From Selaginella moellendorffii (taxonomy: Eukaryota > Plantae > Lycopodiophyta), in contig NW_003314300.1 of the NCBI RefSeq assembly GCF_000143415.4, positions 42,908-106,907 of the forward strand: a stretch of DNA of 64,000 nt, given 5' to 3'. A program made the position numbers and the translations under genes. Positions 49,044 to 61,922 of the stretch are shown in pieces (the stretch's first letter is position 1; the number at the start of each line of letters is the position of its first letter). Below the pieces are notes generated by a model. The model saw nothing but the letters and a program-made list of their open reading frames with translations, was not told the origin of the DNA and ran no database searches.

Positions 49044-50051
49044 ATGGCTCCTCGCAAGGGAGTTCTCCGGAGGTACGATAGCAGGAAGCTCCAGATGAAG
49101 AAACTCCAGGAGCTAGAGCAGGAGGCTTACAAGGCTGTGATGAGAGCTTTCAATGCTCAATCCGATGGCCTCTCTTGGGTATGATGAATTCTACTTGTGT
49201 TTAGCTCGTCTCACTTGCTTTGATTTTTTTTTTGTTCTCTCTATCTTTTTGCAGGGTAGAGAAAGGCTGATGTCTGATCTGCGCAAAGAGCTTAGAGTGT
49301 CCGACGAACTCCACCGAGAGTTCCTGAGTAGAATGCCCGAAGATAAAACTGTGATGCAAATCAGGTATTTTCGATCAGAATTTTTTGAGGTGGAGAGCGC
49401 TATTAAATGTTCCACAGGGACTGTAGAAGAGCTGGCCAGGAACAAACGGGTAAAAAGAGGAAGGTGTGTGCTTTCCATTTTGCTGGTGGGTTTCCTGTGT
49501 ACTGATTAAATCCTTTCGGACTTGCAGAGCAACGCTACCGGTGTGCTAAAGAGGTTTCCGAAAGGAAAAAAGTCAAGGGTCGATGCTCTGAAACCGGAGG
49601 AGCCCGAGCTACTGACAATAGACGCCCTTCAACATGAGGTACCAGCTACTTGCTGTACTTTGCTTTTTCATTTGCTTTTTGATATTTGTAATGCAGGTGG
49701 GACTGCTAGAGGTGGAGCTGGATGCAACTCGGCTAGCCAGGGCGAAAAAGGCAGCATATGTACGTGAGCTCCGGGATGTGTTTCAGAAACTCACACGGAG
49801 TTTATGCTTGTAGGAATACAAGACCAAGCTTATGGATGCCTTGGAACAAGCTGGGCAGGACAACGAAGATGGTAAGTTCAGTTTTTCTTGTTCATTGAGA
49901 GTAACTCTGTGTCGTAGATTCGGAGAAAACGGAGGACAGGGATCCAGTTCCAGGCACGGCCGATACTCAACCGCAATCACAGTCCCAGGAAAACGTGAAT
50001 ACTGAGAACACTGAGAATACCGAGTGTAAACCCGGGCACGAGGACGGGTGA
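49044..50051 (+). CDS. EMSY-like ENT-domain protein, about 7 exons
   Basis: Spliced product MAPRKG..LQELEQEAYKAVMRAFNAQSDGLSW|GRERLMSDLRKELRVSDELHREFL (ENT domain); C-terminal EVGLLEVELDATRLARAKKAAYEYKTKLMDAL; GT-AG introns; telobox at ~48970. Confidence 0.85.
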
Positions 50052-53000
50052 GCAAGCCACAATAGACGTGGGGGTGGGGGCTAAAAAATTTTGACCGCGA
50101 GGTACGGCTTCTTTTTAATTTTTTTTTTCCCCGGTGACGCTGCTGCTGGCGGGTGCAAAGTGAATGCACGAATGTTCATGGCGCCATTTGTACTATTCAA
50201 TGAATTCTGAAAGTTCTTTCTCTGTTACATCTTTTCTACTAATCGCGGGCGCTGTAGAAAATCTCGCAGCGCGATCTCAAGCACTGGAGGTTTTTGTTCT
50301 AACATCTTAATGGTTTTGCTGACTCTTTTCTATGCAGAAGTCGACAGGTGTTCCTTGTGTTCACAGGTCTGACTAGAAATTTGTTTCCAGGATTTGTAAG
50401 TTCCGAGCTAAAGTTTTGATTTGCTTTGTGCAGTTTCGACGCGTAGAGCTTCGTAAAAGCTGAGCAGTGTACGGACGTTGATCTGGACTTTGGGAGTCAT
50501 CCGCTTATCAATGACCCCTTACGTGTGAGGAAAAGGAGAAGGATCGTTTTGACGAGCCAGGTACTGGTGATGATACTCGGAGTTTCAAGCTTTCCACTCC
50601 ACTAACGCTTTTGCCAGGCGAAAACCCAAGATTGCTTGCGCTGGAGCCAAACACTTGTCAGCTCGGCTCCAAGCTTGCTTGAATGGAAGCTCTGGAGCTC
50701 TCATTAGAGCTGTAGGGCCGTTGCTCCACCTCGCTAAAGTTCTGGTCGCGGGCTCTCGATCGATCGGCTTCCAGAAAAGAAAAGCAAGGTTCGTTTCTCA
50801 TTTGCTTGTGCATGTTTGAGCGCTTTCCAGAGATCTGCCAAAGAATAATGAGGAATGGTACCACCAATATCGCAAGAGTTCCATTATTTATATCGCGTGA
50901 GCACAGCTAGATCCCAATTTCCCAGCTGCTTGAGTTGGCACCCCTGCCTAGGCGACACAATCGCAAGTCATCTCGCACAGATGGTTTCATCTGGTCCGTT
51001 CGCTGCTCGATGATCCATCCAGGGAAAAGGTTGGTTGAATCATGCAAAAGTGTGGCTACTGTACTGAAAACCATTCTTTGTTCACGCAGAATTTCTTTGG
51101 CGACTACCTACGCGTCGCTGGAGACTAAAGTTTATAGCAAACAAAAAATCTAGGAGATATCCCACACAAACTTGGTGTGTTTAGGTGGTGAGAATCTTAA
51201 TAGTCCTCGACAAGATCCACAGTCTAGAAGATCATTACGTATCCCACACACAAGAAGTAACGCGAGAAAAAAAACAATCTATTGTAAGTTGGAGTGGAAT
51301 ACCATTGTTCACGAAAGAAAATTGTAAGTTACCTGACGCCCTGGCCAGTGTGAGGAATGTCTCGTCTCTATCTATCCTGAGCCTACACACTTTTCGCTCG
51401 TACGGCCTCCACTATGCTGTTCTTGCTCGAGATCTTCCTGGGCTTGTACGGACGAGATCACTGTCGATGTGGTCCTCTTTCTTTTTCCTGGGTCGATTGA
51501 ATTCATCGTGGAGGACAAGAGATCAAGGGTACCTGGGGGGGGCCAATCTTCGTTTGGATCTAAGTTTTTGGTGACCAGCCGCCATCCAATACACGGGCAG
51601 TAAGAACCACATACGATATAGTTAAAACTTAATGGTGGATTCCTTTCTAGAACGACGATGACCGATTGATCGAAACTTTTGGCTTAATCTTTCTTTCAAG
51701 TGTTAAGACTTGGAAGAAATGTCCTGCCAAGTTCATCCACAATGCATGGACGCCATTGTGGAAAGTCTGGAAGAAGAAAAGAAGAAGCTAACGCTCATGT
51801 ATGTACCTACACTGTGGGGGCATTTTGTACGTACGCTCTTGTCTTTGTCTTTCGTTTCGCCACTGACTTGCGCCAATACCAAAAACCTGTATGAGAAACC
51901 AAAAAAATAAAATAAAAAACACGCCGTAGAGCTTACTCTAGTCGTATGCTTACACGTATTGTATTTCATGATCTCCCTATAAACAGCAACCCATGCATTG
52001 CTTTTGATCCGCGAAGAACTCAAATTTCCATGCAAGGGAAGTGATCTTAAACTGCTCAACTCGCTGGCAAGCGATCGAGGTAAGAAACTTCTCCTTTGAT
52101 TTTTTCTTGTGAGTTGCCGATCGATCGAGAATCGAGATCGAATGCATGTAGAGCTTGCAGCAGCGATCGAATCGCTCCCAAGTTGGTGGTTTCGATCTTT
52201 TCACGGGGTGTTCTCTTTTATTTTTTGTTAATCCCTCCTCTTTTTCTTCCTCTTGCCGCCTTCTTTTTCCGGCATTTTTGGGGGGTGTCGATCGAATCCA
52301 CTCTTGTAGGATATAAAATTTCATCCATCCCCATTCTTCTTTAGTTTCTATATTTTTCTTGGTTTCCTCACTTTCGTCATACTCTTCTTGTGTGTTGTTA
52401 CCAGGAGGAGGATCATTCGCCCAAGCGAAACATAAAAACAATCCTTTTAGTAGAGTTTCGATCGATCTTTCTCTCCACCTAACTTGATCTCGCCTTCCTT
52501 CTAGAGAGAGCCACTGGTCCATCCATCCAGAGCCAGCAGCAAGCAGTAGAGTAGCAGCCAAGAAAGGATTTCACCGCAAGCCAGCCAAAGCGGCAGGGAT
52601 TCATCCAGGATCATCAAACCGAAAAGCAAGAAAGGCGCTCCATCGATCGATCTTGTGCCACTCCAAATTCTCCTCTTTCCTCCTGCATTGCATTGATCAT
52701 CCAAAGCTGCGCACGCTGCTCTACGAGCCGAGCCATCGCTTTGCTCATTGAAATCCACCGCTACCACCGTCAAAGCAAAGCAAGCGCAAAGGCACGAAAA
52801 GGAGAGTGAGGGTTTCAGTGCACTGGCAGAGACGAGAAAGGAGGCCAAGAAAAAAGGTGAAGTGGTGGCTGCGCTGTGCTGCACTTAAATGATTTATCAT
52901 TGATTACCCGCGAAATCGATATATCGACATATCCATCTCCTTCAATTCGCGAGCGACACAGAGCAAGCAGGCACAGAGCCGAGCAGAGGATTCTCTCTCT

Positions 53001-53359
53001 CTTTTTTTTTGCCACCTAGTTTTGTCTTGCCAGAAAATTTTCTTCTTTTTCTCCTGGTTTGCGAGCCCAATTAATGCTGGGCTCTGATCAATTCGGGAGC
53101 TGAGGTAGGTCGTCAAGCGAAGCAGCAGCAGGAGTACAAGATGCTGCTGCTGCGATTGAAAGATTTCCCTATCTTCTTCCAGGCGGGATCATCATCTCCT
53201 GGAAGATCCGCGGCGCAACCACGCAAGTCGCGATTTTGAGCACCTGGGTCGGCTTCTGCGGCGTCGAATCGATCGCCCATCATCGCCGATCGCGCCCGGA
53301 GCATCGATCCGAGGAGAGCCGAGCTGCCAAGAACAGGGGAGGTGAGAAAAGAAAAGGAA

Positions 53360-56300
53360 ATGCCGGTTCGCGACTGCGAAGAACAGATGGGTCGCACTGG
53401 CAGTAGCACGAATGTGGATCGTCATGATCATCATGGGCAGGATCGTCATCGTCAACAGCTGGTGGAACATCATCACCAGGATCACATAGTTTTGGAAGTG
53501 ACTCTGGATGTTCACAGGGACTCTGTAACGCTGAGGAGCGTTTCTCCAGTCGCTGATCCATCGCCCACAACAATCTCCTCGAGGATCATCATCGACGATA
53601 GTACCACCAGCGCCACCACCGCGCAAAATCGCCAGGGAGGAGGCGGCGTCGCGATCACCATCCCGGTGAGAGCAGCAGCGCCACTGCCGCCATCCAATTC
53701 CAAGGGGAAGCATGACGCGCGGATCATGCCAGTGGATTTCTCGCCCGATCGAGAGCCCCCAGCAGCGGCGGCGGCGGCGGCGGCGGCGGCAGCTCCACCC
53801 GCGATCGCCACAACCAGTCGCGCGATCGAGGGGCTTCGCTTCATCGACAAATCCAACCGCGACACGAATTGGGAGACGGTGGATGCGCGATTCCGGAAGC
53901 TCAGCGCTGGCAGGCCCGATGGGAGGCTGGCGAGATCGGATTTTGGGGCGTGTATAGGTGAGCTCTCTCTGTTCTTGGCTGGAATCTCTCTGATCGCTCG
54001 CTCGCTCCAGGGATGAAAACCAAGGAGTTTGCCGGGCAGCTCTTCGATGCATTGTCGCGGCGGCGAGGCAAGGAGGGATTGACGAGCATTGGGCGAGAAG
54101 AGCTGAGCGATTACTGGCTCGACATGACGGACAAGCGCTTCGATTCGCGAATGCGCATCTTCTTCGACCTGTAAGGCGCTGATTTCTTGCGATTTCTTCC
54201 TGTCGCTGATGCGATCGTGCTGCCACGCAGCTGCGACAAGGATCTGGACGGGCGAATCTTCGAGGACGAGGTAAAAGAGGTAAGAACCTTTCTATCCCAG
54301 CAAATGCCGTGTCTGGGTATCTTGGACTGAGCGAGTGATTCCAGGTGATCTTGCTCAGCGCGTCCGCGAATCGGCTCTCGATCCTCGAGGAGCAGGCCGA
54401 GGAGTACGCGGCACTCATCATGGAGGAGCTGGATCGCGAGAAGAACGGCTACATTGGCGTAAGATCATCACTCTTTCACCCATCCAAGCTTACGTGAATC
54501 TCTTGGATCTCCAGTTGCTCCAGCTCGAGGGACTGCTGCGAAGCCCCAGCGCCTGCGACCACCAGAGCCAGATGATAAGCTCCTCGGCGACGCTGCCCAA
54601 GAGCGCGATCGGGAGGATGGAATCGCTGAGGCGGCGCGCGAGGGTGGTGCTCCTGGACGACTGGCAGCGCGTGTGGATGATCGCGCTGTGGTTCGCGGTG
54701 ATGGCGGTGCTCTTTAGCTGGAAGTTCATCCAGTATAGCTACCGCTCGGGGTTTCCAGTGATGGGCTACTGCCTGTGCACTGCCAAGGGCGCCGCCGAGA
54801 CGCTCAAGCTCAACATGGCGCTCATCCTTCTCCCGGTTTGCCGGAATACCATCACTTGGCTGAGATCCACCGCGCTCGCCACCATCGTTCCCTTCGACGA
54901 TAACATCAACTTTCACAAGGTTAGTCTTCTCTCTCCTCTTTCGGTTCTCGTTTGCTTTGATCTTCGCCATAGCTGAGCATGTTTGTCCTACTAGCTTTTC
55001 TCTCTCTTTTGTTTTGCTTCCTTCTTCTTTGGGCTCTTTTTTTTTTTGTTCTTTCTCGTTCTACCATAGTTTTCCTTGGGTTTGCAGTGTTTTTGTGTGA
55101 GAATTGTTTCTATTTGCTGCACTCTTGTCTAGATGGATCATATTTTGTTTTTCTGGCTCTCTCCATCACGTTTTTGTTCTTGATTCACATTTTTGCTGGC
55201 TGGATTGGATTAATGTTTTGCAACTTTGTTTTCCCTCTTTGTCTTCTGCAATATTTTTTTTGTCTTTCTCCTTCGCGAACGCTGCTAACTGAGTTACTCC
55301 CACGCACATCTCCCTGATCATGTAAGCCAAGTTTTTCTTCCATGGCTGTCTGTTTTTTGTTTGGTTCTTCGTCACCGCGATGTGTCTCTCCTTTTGTTCC
55401 TTCTTCTTCGCTGCGTCCATCTTTTGCAGTGGTTTGAGTTTTTTTGTTAAAGTTCTTCGCTAAATCTTCACTGTGCTACTGCCAGGAATTTTTTTTCACT
55501 ACTTCCTGGCTTTTTGTTTTCACTCTTCTGGTTGATTCTCTCCAGCTGGCTGCCTGTTGCTTGCTGGTCCCTGGTGTTTCTTTCCTTTGTGCCTTTATGC
55601 TTTTATTTTCTCTAGTTTCAATCAATCAGTTGATCATAATGTTCTCCCTTGACTGATTGATTGTTCTTCGTGTGATCCTGACAGTGGAAAGCTAAAGTAT
55701 TGTTTCGACCGTCTCTGGTACTTGGCTTGGGTAATGGGTGCTTTGTTGTATATGCCTTTCTTATACTTTTCGTTGCTTCATCGTCATCGCCATTGTCGTC
55801 TTTTTTGCATTGACGAATCTGAGCTTCTTACATGTTTTTTCTTCTTCTTTTTTTTTTTTCTGGAGATCAGCTGGTTGCAGTAGCAATCGTGATTGGAGTT
55901 TTCCTCCACGGGGGAGTTCACTTAACCTGCGATTTTTACCGGATTTCCAGCGCGGACTACATCAAGTTCATACAGACACTAGGCGTGAACTTCAAGTTTG
56001 CCCAGCCGACGTACCTGGATTTGGTGCTTTCGATCGAGGGAATGACCGGGATTATCATGGTGCTGCTCATGATCATCGCGTTTTTGCTGGCCACGCACTG
56101 GTCGAGGAGAAATCTCGTCAAGCTCCACTGGCCATTCCACAGGTTGACGGGCTTCAATGCCTTTTGGTACTCGCACCACTTGTTCGTCCTCGTCTACGGT
56201 CTTCTCATCGTTCACTCCATTTTCTTGTTCCTCGCTCGGGGCTGGAGAGAAAAAACGGTAAATCACTTTTATTTTCTTCTTTGTGTCTCGTTGTTCTAAA

Positions 56301-57718
56301 GCTTTTCCTTCACAGGCTTGGATGTATATAGCTATACCCGCGCTCTTGTACACTGGCGAGAGGACTCTGCGAACGCTGAGAGCTTGTACTTACAAAGTTA
56401 GCATTGTAAAGGTAAACAAAGATGGAATTTTTGTCCAGTTTTGCTCACGATTTGCGATCTTTCAGGCATCCATTTATTCAGGAAACGTTCTTGCTTTATA
56501 CATGACTAAGCCTCCGGGTTTTAGATATCAAAGTGGAATGTATCTCTTCTTGCAATGCCCCGCGGTGTCGCCCTTCGAATGGTAAGCTAGATTTGTGTAT
56601 GTGTGGTTCGTTTCTTAAGGATTTGTCCGTGTTACAGGCATCCATTCTCCATAACTTCGGCACCGGGAGATGAATATGTAAGTGTACACATACGCAGCCT
56701 CGGGGATTGGACGCAAGAGCTAATGAAGATCTTTTCTCAAGTAAGTTTTTCGGGAGAAAGATTTCATGGCTTATGTGCTTTTCTTGCAGGTTGTAGATCA
56801 GCCAAATGAGCAGCTCAAGTAAGTTATCTTAGCTTTTCGTATGATCTCTAAAGTGTTTTCCTTTTTTTTTTATCTTTGTCTCGTGTAGATATCCCAAGCT
56901 CTGTGTTGATGGACCATATGGAGCACCATCCCAGGATTTCAAAAAGTATGATATCCTATTGCTGGTGGGACTTGGAATTGGAGCAACACCATTTATAAGC
57001 ATCCTGAGAGACATGTTGAATCATTTAAAGTCAGCCGAACAGCTTCCTGTAAGTATTTTATCTTCTTTTCTTTTTTCCTCCAGAAGCAATGAACTTACAC
57101 ACATTATCTTCCAGGGATCTCAAAGTCCATTCAGCAAGATGTTCGATGCTGCCAGAAAAAAAGCCAAGAAAAATAGAGGCCCTACGAACGCTTACTTCTA
57201 CTGGGTCACCAGAGAGCAAAGCTCCTTTGAATGGTTCAAGGGAGTCATGAACGAAGTCTCTCAGCTTGATCACAAGGTCAGGAAAACGTTTGTGATTTCT
57301 ATCTCCTCCTTTTACAAATCGTTTTGGTGCTTCTTTGCAGGCCGTGATCGAGATGCATAACTATCTAACGAGTGTTTACGAAGAAGGAGACGCTCGCTCC
57401 ACGCTTATCGGTTTGGTCCAAGCGTTGCATCACGCACGAAGCGGTGTTGATATTGTCTCTGGCACTCGGGTAAGTTCCTTTCTAGTTAATGTTCTTTCTT
57501 CTTATTTGTTCTTTCGATTTCTTCCCCAGGTTCGAACGCATTTTGCTCGTCCAAACTGGAGGAAAGTGTTTGCGAGGCTTGCATCGATTCATCCAGGTGC
57601 CAGAATAGGTGTGTTTTACTGCGGAAACTCGGCAGCAGGAAAGGAGCTCGACCTTCTCTCGCGGTCTTACTCGGAGAAATCAAATACCAAGTTCATTTTC
57701 CACAAGGAAAAGTTCTAG
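53360..57718 (+). CDS. RBOH: Respiratory burst oxidase homolog (NADPH oxidase), multi-exon
   Basis: [10 protein letters not shown]-hand region (CDKDLDGRI), [88 protein letters not shown]. Confidence 0.96.
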
Positions 57719-58246
57719 CGGATCAACCTGACTGAATTTTGTGTACAAAAACATGACCAAAGGACACCAGACAATTTTTCTCTAGCTTATGTAAAAAGGA
57801 TAAAAGGCAAAGTTTTATAAGCTACAAGGATCTTACAGTTTGTTTAAGGCTTTGCAATTTGTAACATGAGTTGGTTTATATGTATACTTATGATCATATC
57901 AATTAATTAGAACATTACATATTTGAGGATTTTAATTTTTTTTATTGATAATAGATAATTGTCTCATTTCTTGTGGGTTATTGTCAACTGACGCGTACAA
58001 GAAACCTTCAATGGAGAAATATTTAAAACGTGGGCGAAGCAAGAACTCCCACATTGTCAACACAAAGTGACGGGTCACATCGCAACTGCTGTGTTTCATG
58101 GAACCTTCTCCAAGCCTTTCCATCCATCCTTTAAATACCTTCACAACCATCTCACAAATCAAGGAAAGAAAGAGGTCACTCTTCTAATTCTTAGCCATCG
58201 CTTTCTCGTTTGTTTCCTCAAGTTCCAGGGATCACTCAAGAACACG

Positions 58247-58888
58247 ATGATGATCACACTCCTCCAACTTCTCGTCATTGCGGCACCAATCTTCCAGGTG
58301 ATCACAGCCTCCGACGCCGATCCCCTCCAGGACTTTTGCGTGGCCGACCTCGCAAAGGACCTCACTCTCAATGGCTACCCTTGCAAGCGAGCAGCCAACA
58401 CCACCACCGAGGATTTCATCTTCTCGGGCCTTCGAAACTCTGCAAACACCAGCGGCCCATCGAGAGCCGACGCGGTGTTTGGCTTCGTCCACGATTTTCC
58501 TGGGCTCAACTCTCTCGGCCTCGCCATTGCCAGGCTCGACTTTGCTCCCGGCGGTCTCATCCCTCCACACACGCATCCGCGAGGCTCGGAGATCATCTAC
58601 GTCGTGGAAGGGAGCTTGTACGCCGGATTCGTCACCACCCAGAACCAGCTCTTTGCTCGGGTCATCTCCAAAGGCGATGTGATGATCTTCCCGCGGGGTT
58701 TGATCCACTGGCAGCTCAACGTCGGTAACACCACCGCCATGGCCATCGTGACATTGGATTCGCAGTCACCGGGCTTCCAGCTTATTGCAAGCTCCATGTT
58801 TGGGTCGGACATCCTGGACGAGGTGCTCGTCAAGACCTTCTTTATTGATGAGAACGCGGTTCGGCAGCTCAAGGCTACGTTCTCCTAA
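58247..58888 (+). CDS. Germin-like protein (cupin), secreted, intronless
   Basis: Signal peptide; DADPLQDFCVAD; FPGLNSLG; germin box PPHTHPRGSE; FPRGLIHWQ; KGD motif. Confidence 0.95.
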   Translation: MMITLLQLLVIAAPIFQVITASDADPLQDFCVADLAKDLTLNGYPCKRAANTTTEDFIFSGLRNSANTSGPSRADAVFGFVHDFPGLNSLGLAIARLDFAPGGLIPPHTHPRGSEIIYVVEGSLYAGFVTTQNQLFARVISKGDVMIFPRGLIHWQLNVGNTTAMAIVTLDSQSPGFQLIASSMFGSDILDEVLVKTFFIDENAVRQLKATFS

Positions 58889-59365
58889 ATAGAGTAAGAA
58901 TAAATCTTGTAAGGCAGATTTTTTGGAAACTTATTCTTTGGTTCTCACTAATAAATTTTGCTTATGTTTATTAACTTTGTTGCTTATTTCTAAAACGTAA
59001 AAATTTGAGGTTTAAAAAATATTGTCTTTTTATTGACCTCATCTCCCACTATAAACTTTAGTACACTATTGAATTCAAAATTTAGTATACTCTTGAATCC
59101 AATATTGAAGTCATATTGAATTTGTTAAATTTCTTTATTTTTTTCTTCACTTGTATATATAACTCATGTAGCTTCATCAATAATTTATTATTGTAATCAC
59201 TTTAAAAACTTAAATTAGAATTTAAATCTTTCAAGATTCACAAATGATAATAGTATTGTAAGTGCATGGAATATGGAAATGGATACAAAATGTGCATATC
59301 AATTAGCCCAAAAACCCTAATTTATATACAAGAACAAGTGGTCCAAATTAAAACCAATCTAATAG

Positions 59366-60061
59366 TGTGAGACACAAAATCCCTAGGCCCCAAAGTGGAG
59401 CCGGAAAGGGTGCCACATGGTAGTGGCTGAAGCGAGAGCCAAACGAGCGTAACACGTTTGGACCAAAAGCTCTGACTTGAAAAGTCAAGAGCGGGAGTGG
59501 AACTCCCAACGAAGTGCTCAAGGAACGAGCATGAAGCGAGCAAAAAGCGAGGCTCCAAAAAGGGACCCAAAAGGACCAACACATGACACGTGGAAGTGTC
59601 CGAGATGGACTCGAGTTGGAGTCCGAAGTGGAGTCCAAGATGGACTCGAGTTGGAGTCCGAAGTGGAGTCCGAGATGGACCCGAGTTGGAGTCCGAAGTG
59701 GAGTCCGAGATGGACCCGAGTTGGAGTCCGAAGTGGAGTCCGAGGTGGACCCGAGAAGGACCCGAAATGGAGTCCGAGATGGAGTCCGAGATGGACCCGA
59801 AATGGAGTCCGAGATGGACCCGAGATGGACCCGAAATGGAGTCCGAGATGGACCCGAGATGGAGTCCAAGATGGACCCGAGATGGAGTCCGAGATGGAGT
59901 CCGAGATGGAGTCCGAGATGGACCCGAAATGGAGTCCGAGATGGACCCGAGATGGACCCGAAATGGAGTCCGAGATGGACCCGAGATGGAGTCCGGGATG
60001 GACCCGAGATGGAGTCCGAGATGGAGTCCGAGATGGAGTCCGAAGTCGAGACCGAGACCGG

Positions 60062-60099
<38 letters not shown>

Positions 60100-61214
60100 T
60101 CGGGACCGAGAACGAGACCAAGGCCGAGGCCGAGGCCGAGACCGAGCCCGAGCCCGAGTCCGAGTCCGAGTCCGAGTCCGAGTCCGAGTCCGAGTCCGAG
60201 TCCGAGTCCGAGTCTGAGAGGGTGAAAGCCCAAAGCGTTCGTCTCCCAGACCCTGGGGGGTTTGGTGAGCTCCAAAAGTATAGTAGGGGGGGAGGACTGC
60301 AGTGGAGCCAGTTTGGCCAGGAAAGGCCAGTTTGGCCCAGGAAGGCTGGACCCAGTGTTGGGTGATGAGCTGCCCACTGGGAAGTCCAAGACTAGAGTGA
60401 ACATAGACCGACAAGCGGGGTAGCTTGGTGAAGTGTTCAAGAGCCGGCTCTAGTTCCCCCGGGAGATCGACTGGCCGATGCTCCCAGTCCAAGTGTGGGT
60501 GGCACTACCTACTTGGATACCTGGTGTGGCTCAACGGAACCCGCTCTAAGCCCCTGGCTAGAGCACCCAAGGGCAGAAGGCGAGGAGAGTACCCAGGTGG
60601 CTCGCGTAAGGCCATGGTGTTCCGAAATGTTGTCCCAAAGGCCCAGACTGTGGAAAGGAAGAGGAGCAGTCCTCTGGGATAGTGACCAAGGACACAGTCG
60701 TGTGGTGAGGAAGTCCCAGAGGACCGTGGGACTTAGTGGTCTGGCCTGTGGGTCTCGATCCAGTGGCAGTGTTGGCAAACACGGCCAGGGGCAGAAAGGG
60801 ACTTAGTGGGGACTGACAGAGGGATATTGGGGAAGGCTATTCCCCTTGTCGGTGGGCATCCTAAGGATGCTAAGGAGTGGATCTGAGATGACCACTCACG
60901 GATGGTTTGCCTAGTCTTGGAGAGCTAAGATGGTGATGCAAGTGGTATTGGACTACCAGGGTGGCAAAGGTGATCGGGCATGGCCTTAGCGTAACGGGCT
61001 GCTATGTCGGTGGTACCTTTGAGTGTCGGTCATGGGATCGGACACGTGGAGCACTTGGACCAAGTGCAAATGTTGAGTGGCATGGATGCCATTCTCGGGG
61101 CTAGCAAGTCCCAAGTCCTGGATTAGACTTATGGAGGTTGCGAATGAGACTCCTCCAAGTGGTCAGAGGTGTGGTTAAGTGACTAAAGTAGAATGGAAAA
61201 TTTAGTCGCTTACA
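59366..61214 (+). mobile_element. 5' LTR (1849 bp) of an LTR retrotransposon, followed by a tRNA-Met PBS
   Basis: TGTGAG...CTTACA; PBS TGGTATCGGAGC at 61218-61229; homologous to 61923-63684 and 63902-64000. Confidence 0.85.
59598..60216. repeat. GC-rich tandem array inside the LTR (11-12-bp GGAGTCCGAGAT/GGACCCGAGAT units grading into 6-bp CCGAGA/CCGAGT)
   Basis: Directly visible; the mirror copy is at ~62925-63450. Confidence 0.9.
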
Positions 61215-61922
61215 ATTTGGTATCGGAGCTGTTCCTTAGTCCGACTTTTATTGGTGCTCAAGTATATCACCACTAGTGTTGGCATCGGAAGGTCCGAGGA
61301 GTGGGCCTATCCTTGAGGAGTAGCAAGTCAGGAAGACATGGCTCTCCATTACAGTTCATGTGTGAACTTGTAGACGAGGTGGTGGATAGAAAAGGGCCAA
61401 TAATGGAACGACTTGGGATCTTGGGAATAGTGCAAGGTTTTCCTCATTGAGTTGAGGATGTGATCCAGATAAGCATTTGTCTCAGCAAATTGGCTAAGGT
61501 TGTTGTGGTAAACAACTAAAGTTGGGATCACGGGAAAGATAGAGACTCCAAAACAATAAAGGAGTCACAAGATTATCCTCATATAGTTGAGGTTGATACT
61601 CATGAATGTGAGACCAGAGGTAATGACCGTGGGAGGTCAAATACAGAAGAGGACTCAAGTCCTTGAAATGGTAGCCGGGGCTACCTTTAATAAATGATGA
61701 AACAACCCAAGGAGTTGGGGGGTGTACTTAGAGATGAGTGGTATTCTCATCGCATGGACAAGTAGTCCTAAAGGGGCAAAAGTTGCCCCCAGAGAACAAA
61801 ATCAAGTGTCGGAGTAACACTTGTGAAAATAGTCCTTTTGAGTAGGACAGGAATGCAAGAAGTGTATTCCAGTGAGCTAGTGCCTCACAAGTAAGACCTT
61901 ACGGGTCTGTGGATTAACTAAG

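Noticed and set aside
50200-51900. Possible small spliced gene between the EMSY-like gene and RBOH
   Set aside because: Splice-like signals are present, but I could not build a consistent open frame or find a domain
53192-54970. 409-aa and 164-aa minus-strand ORFs
   Set aside because: Antisense to RBOH exons, with no motifs
54979-55870. Hydrophobic F/L-rich ORFs
   Set aside because: They lie in the T-rich long RBOH intron
59598-60216. CRISPR-like array
   Set aside because: No unique spacers, and the context is a eukaryotic LTR
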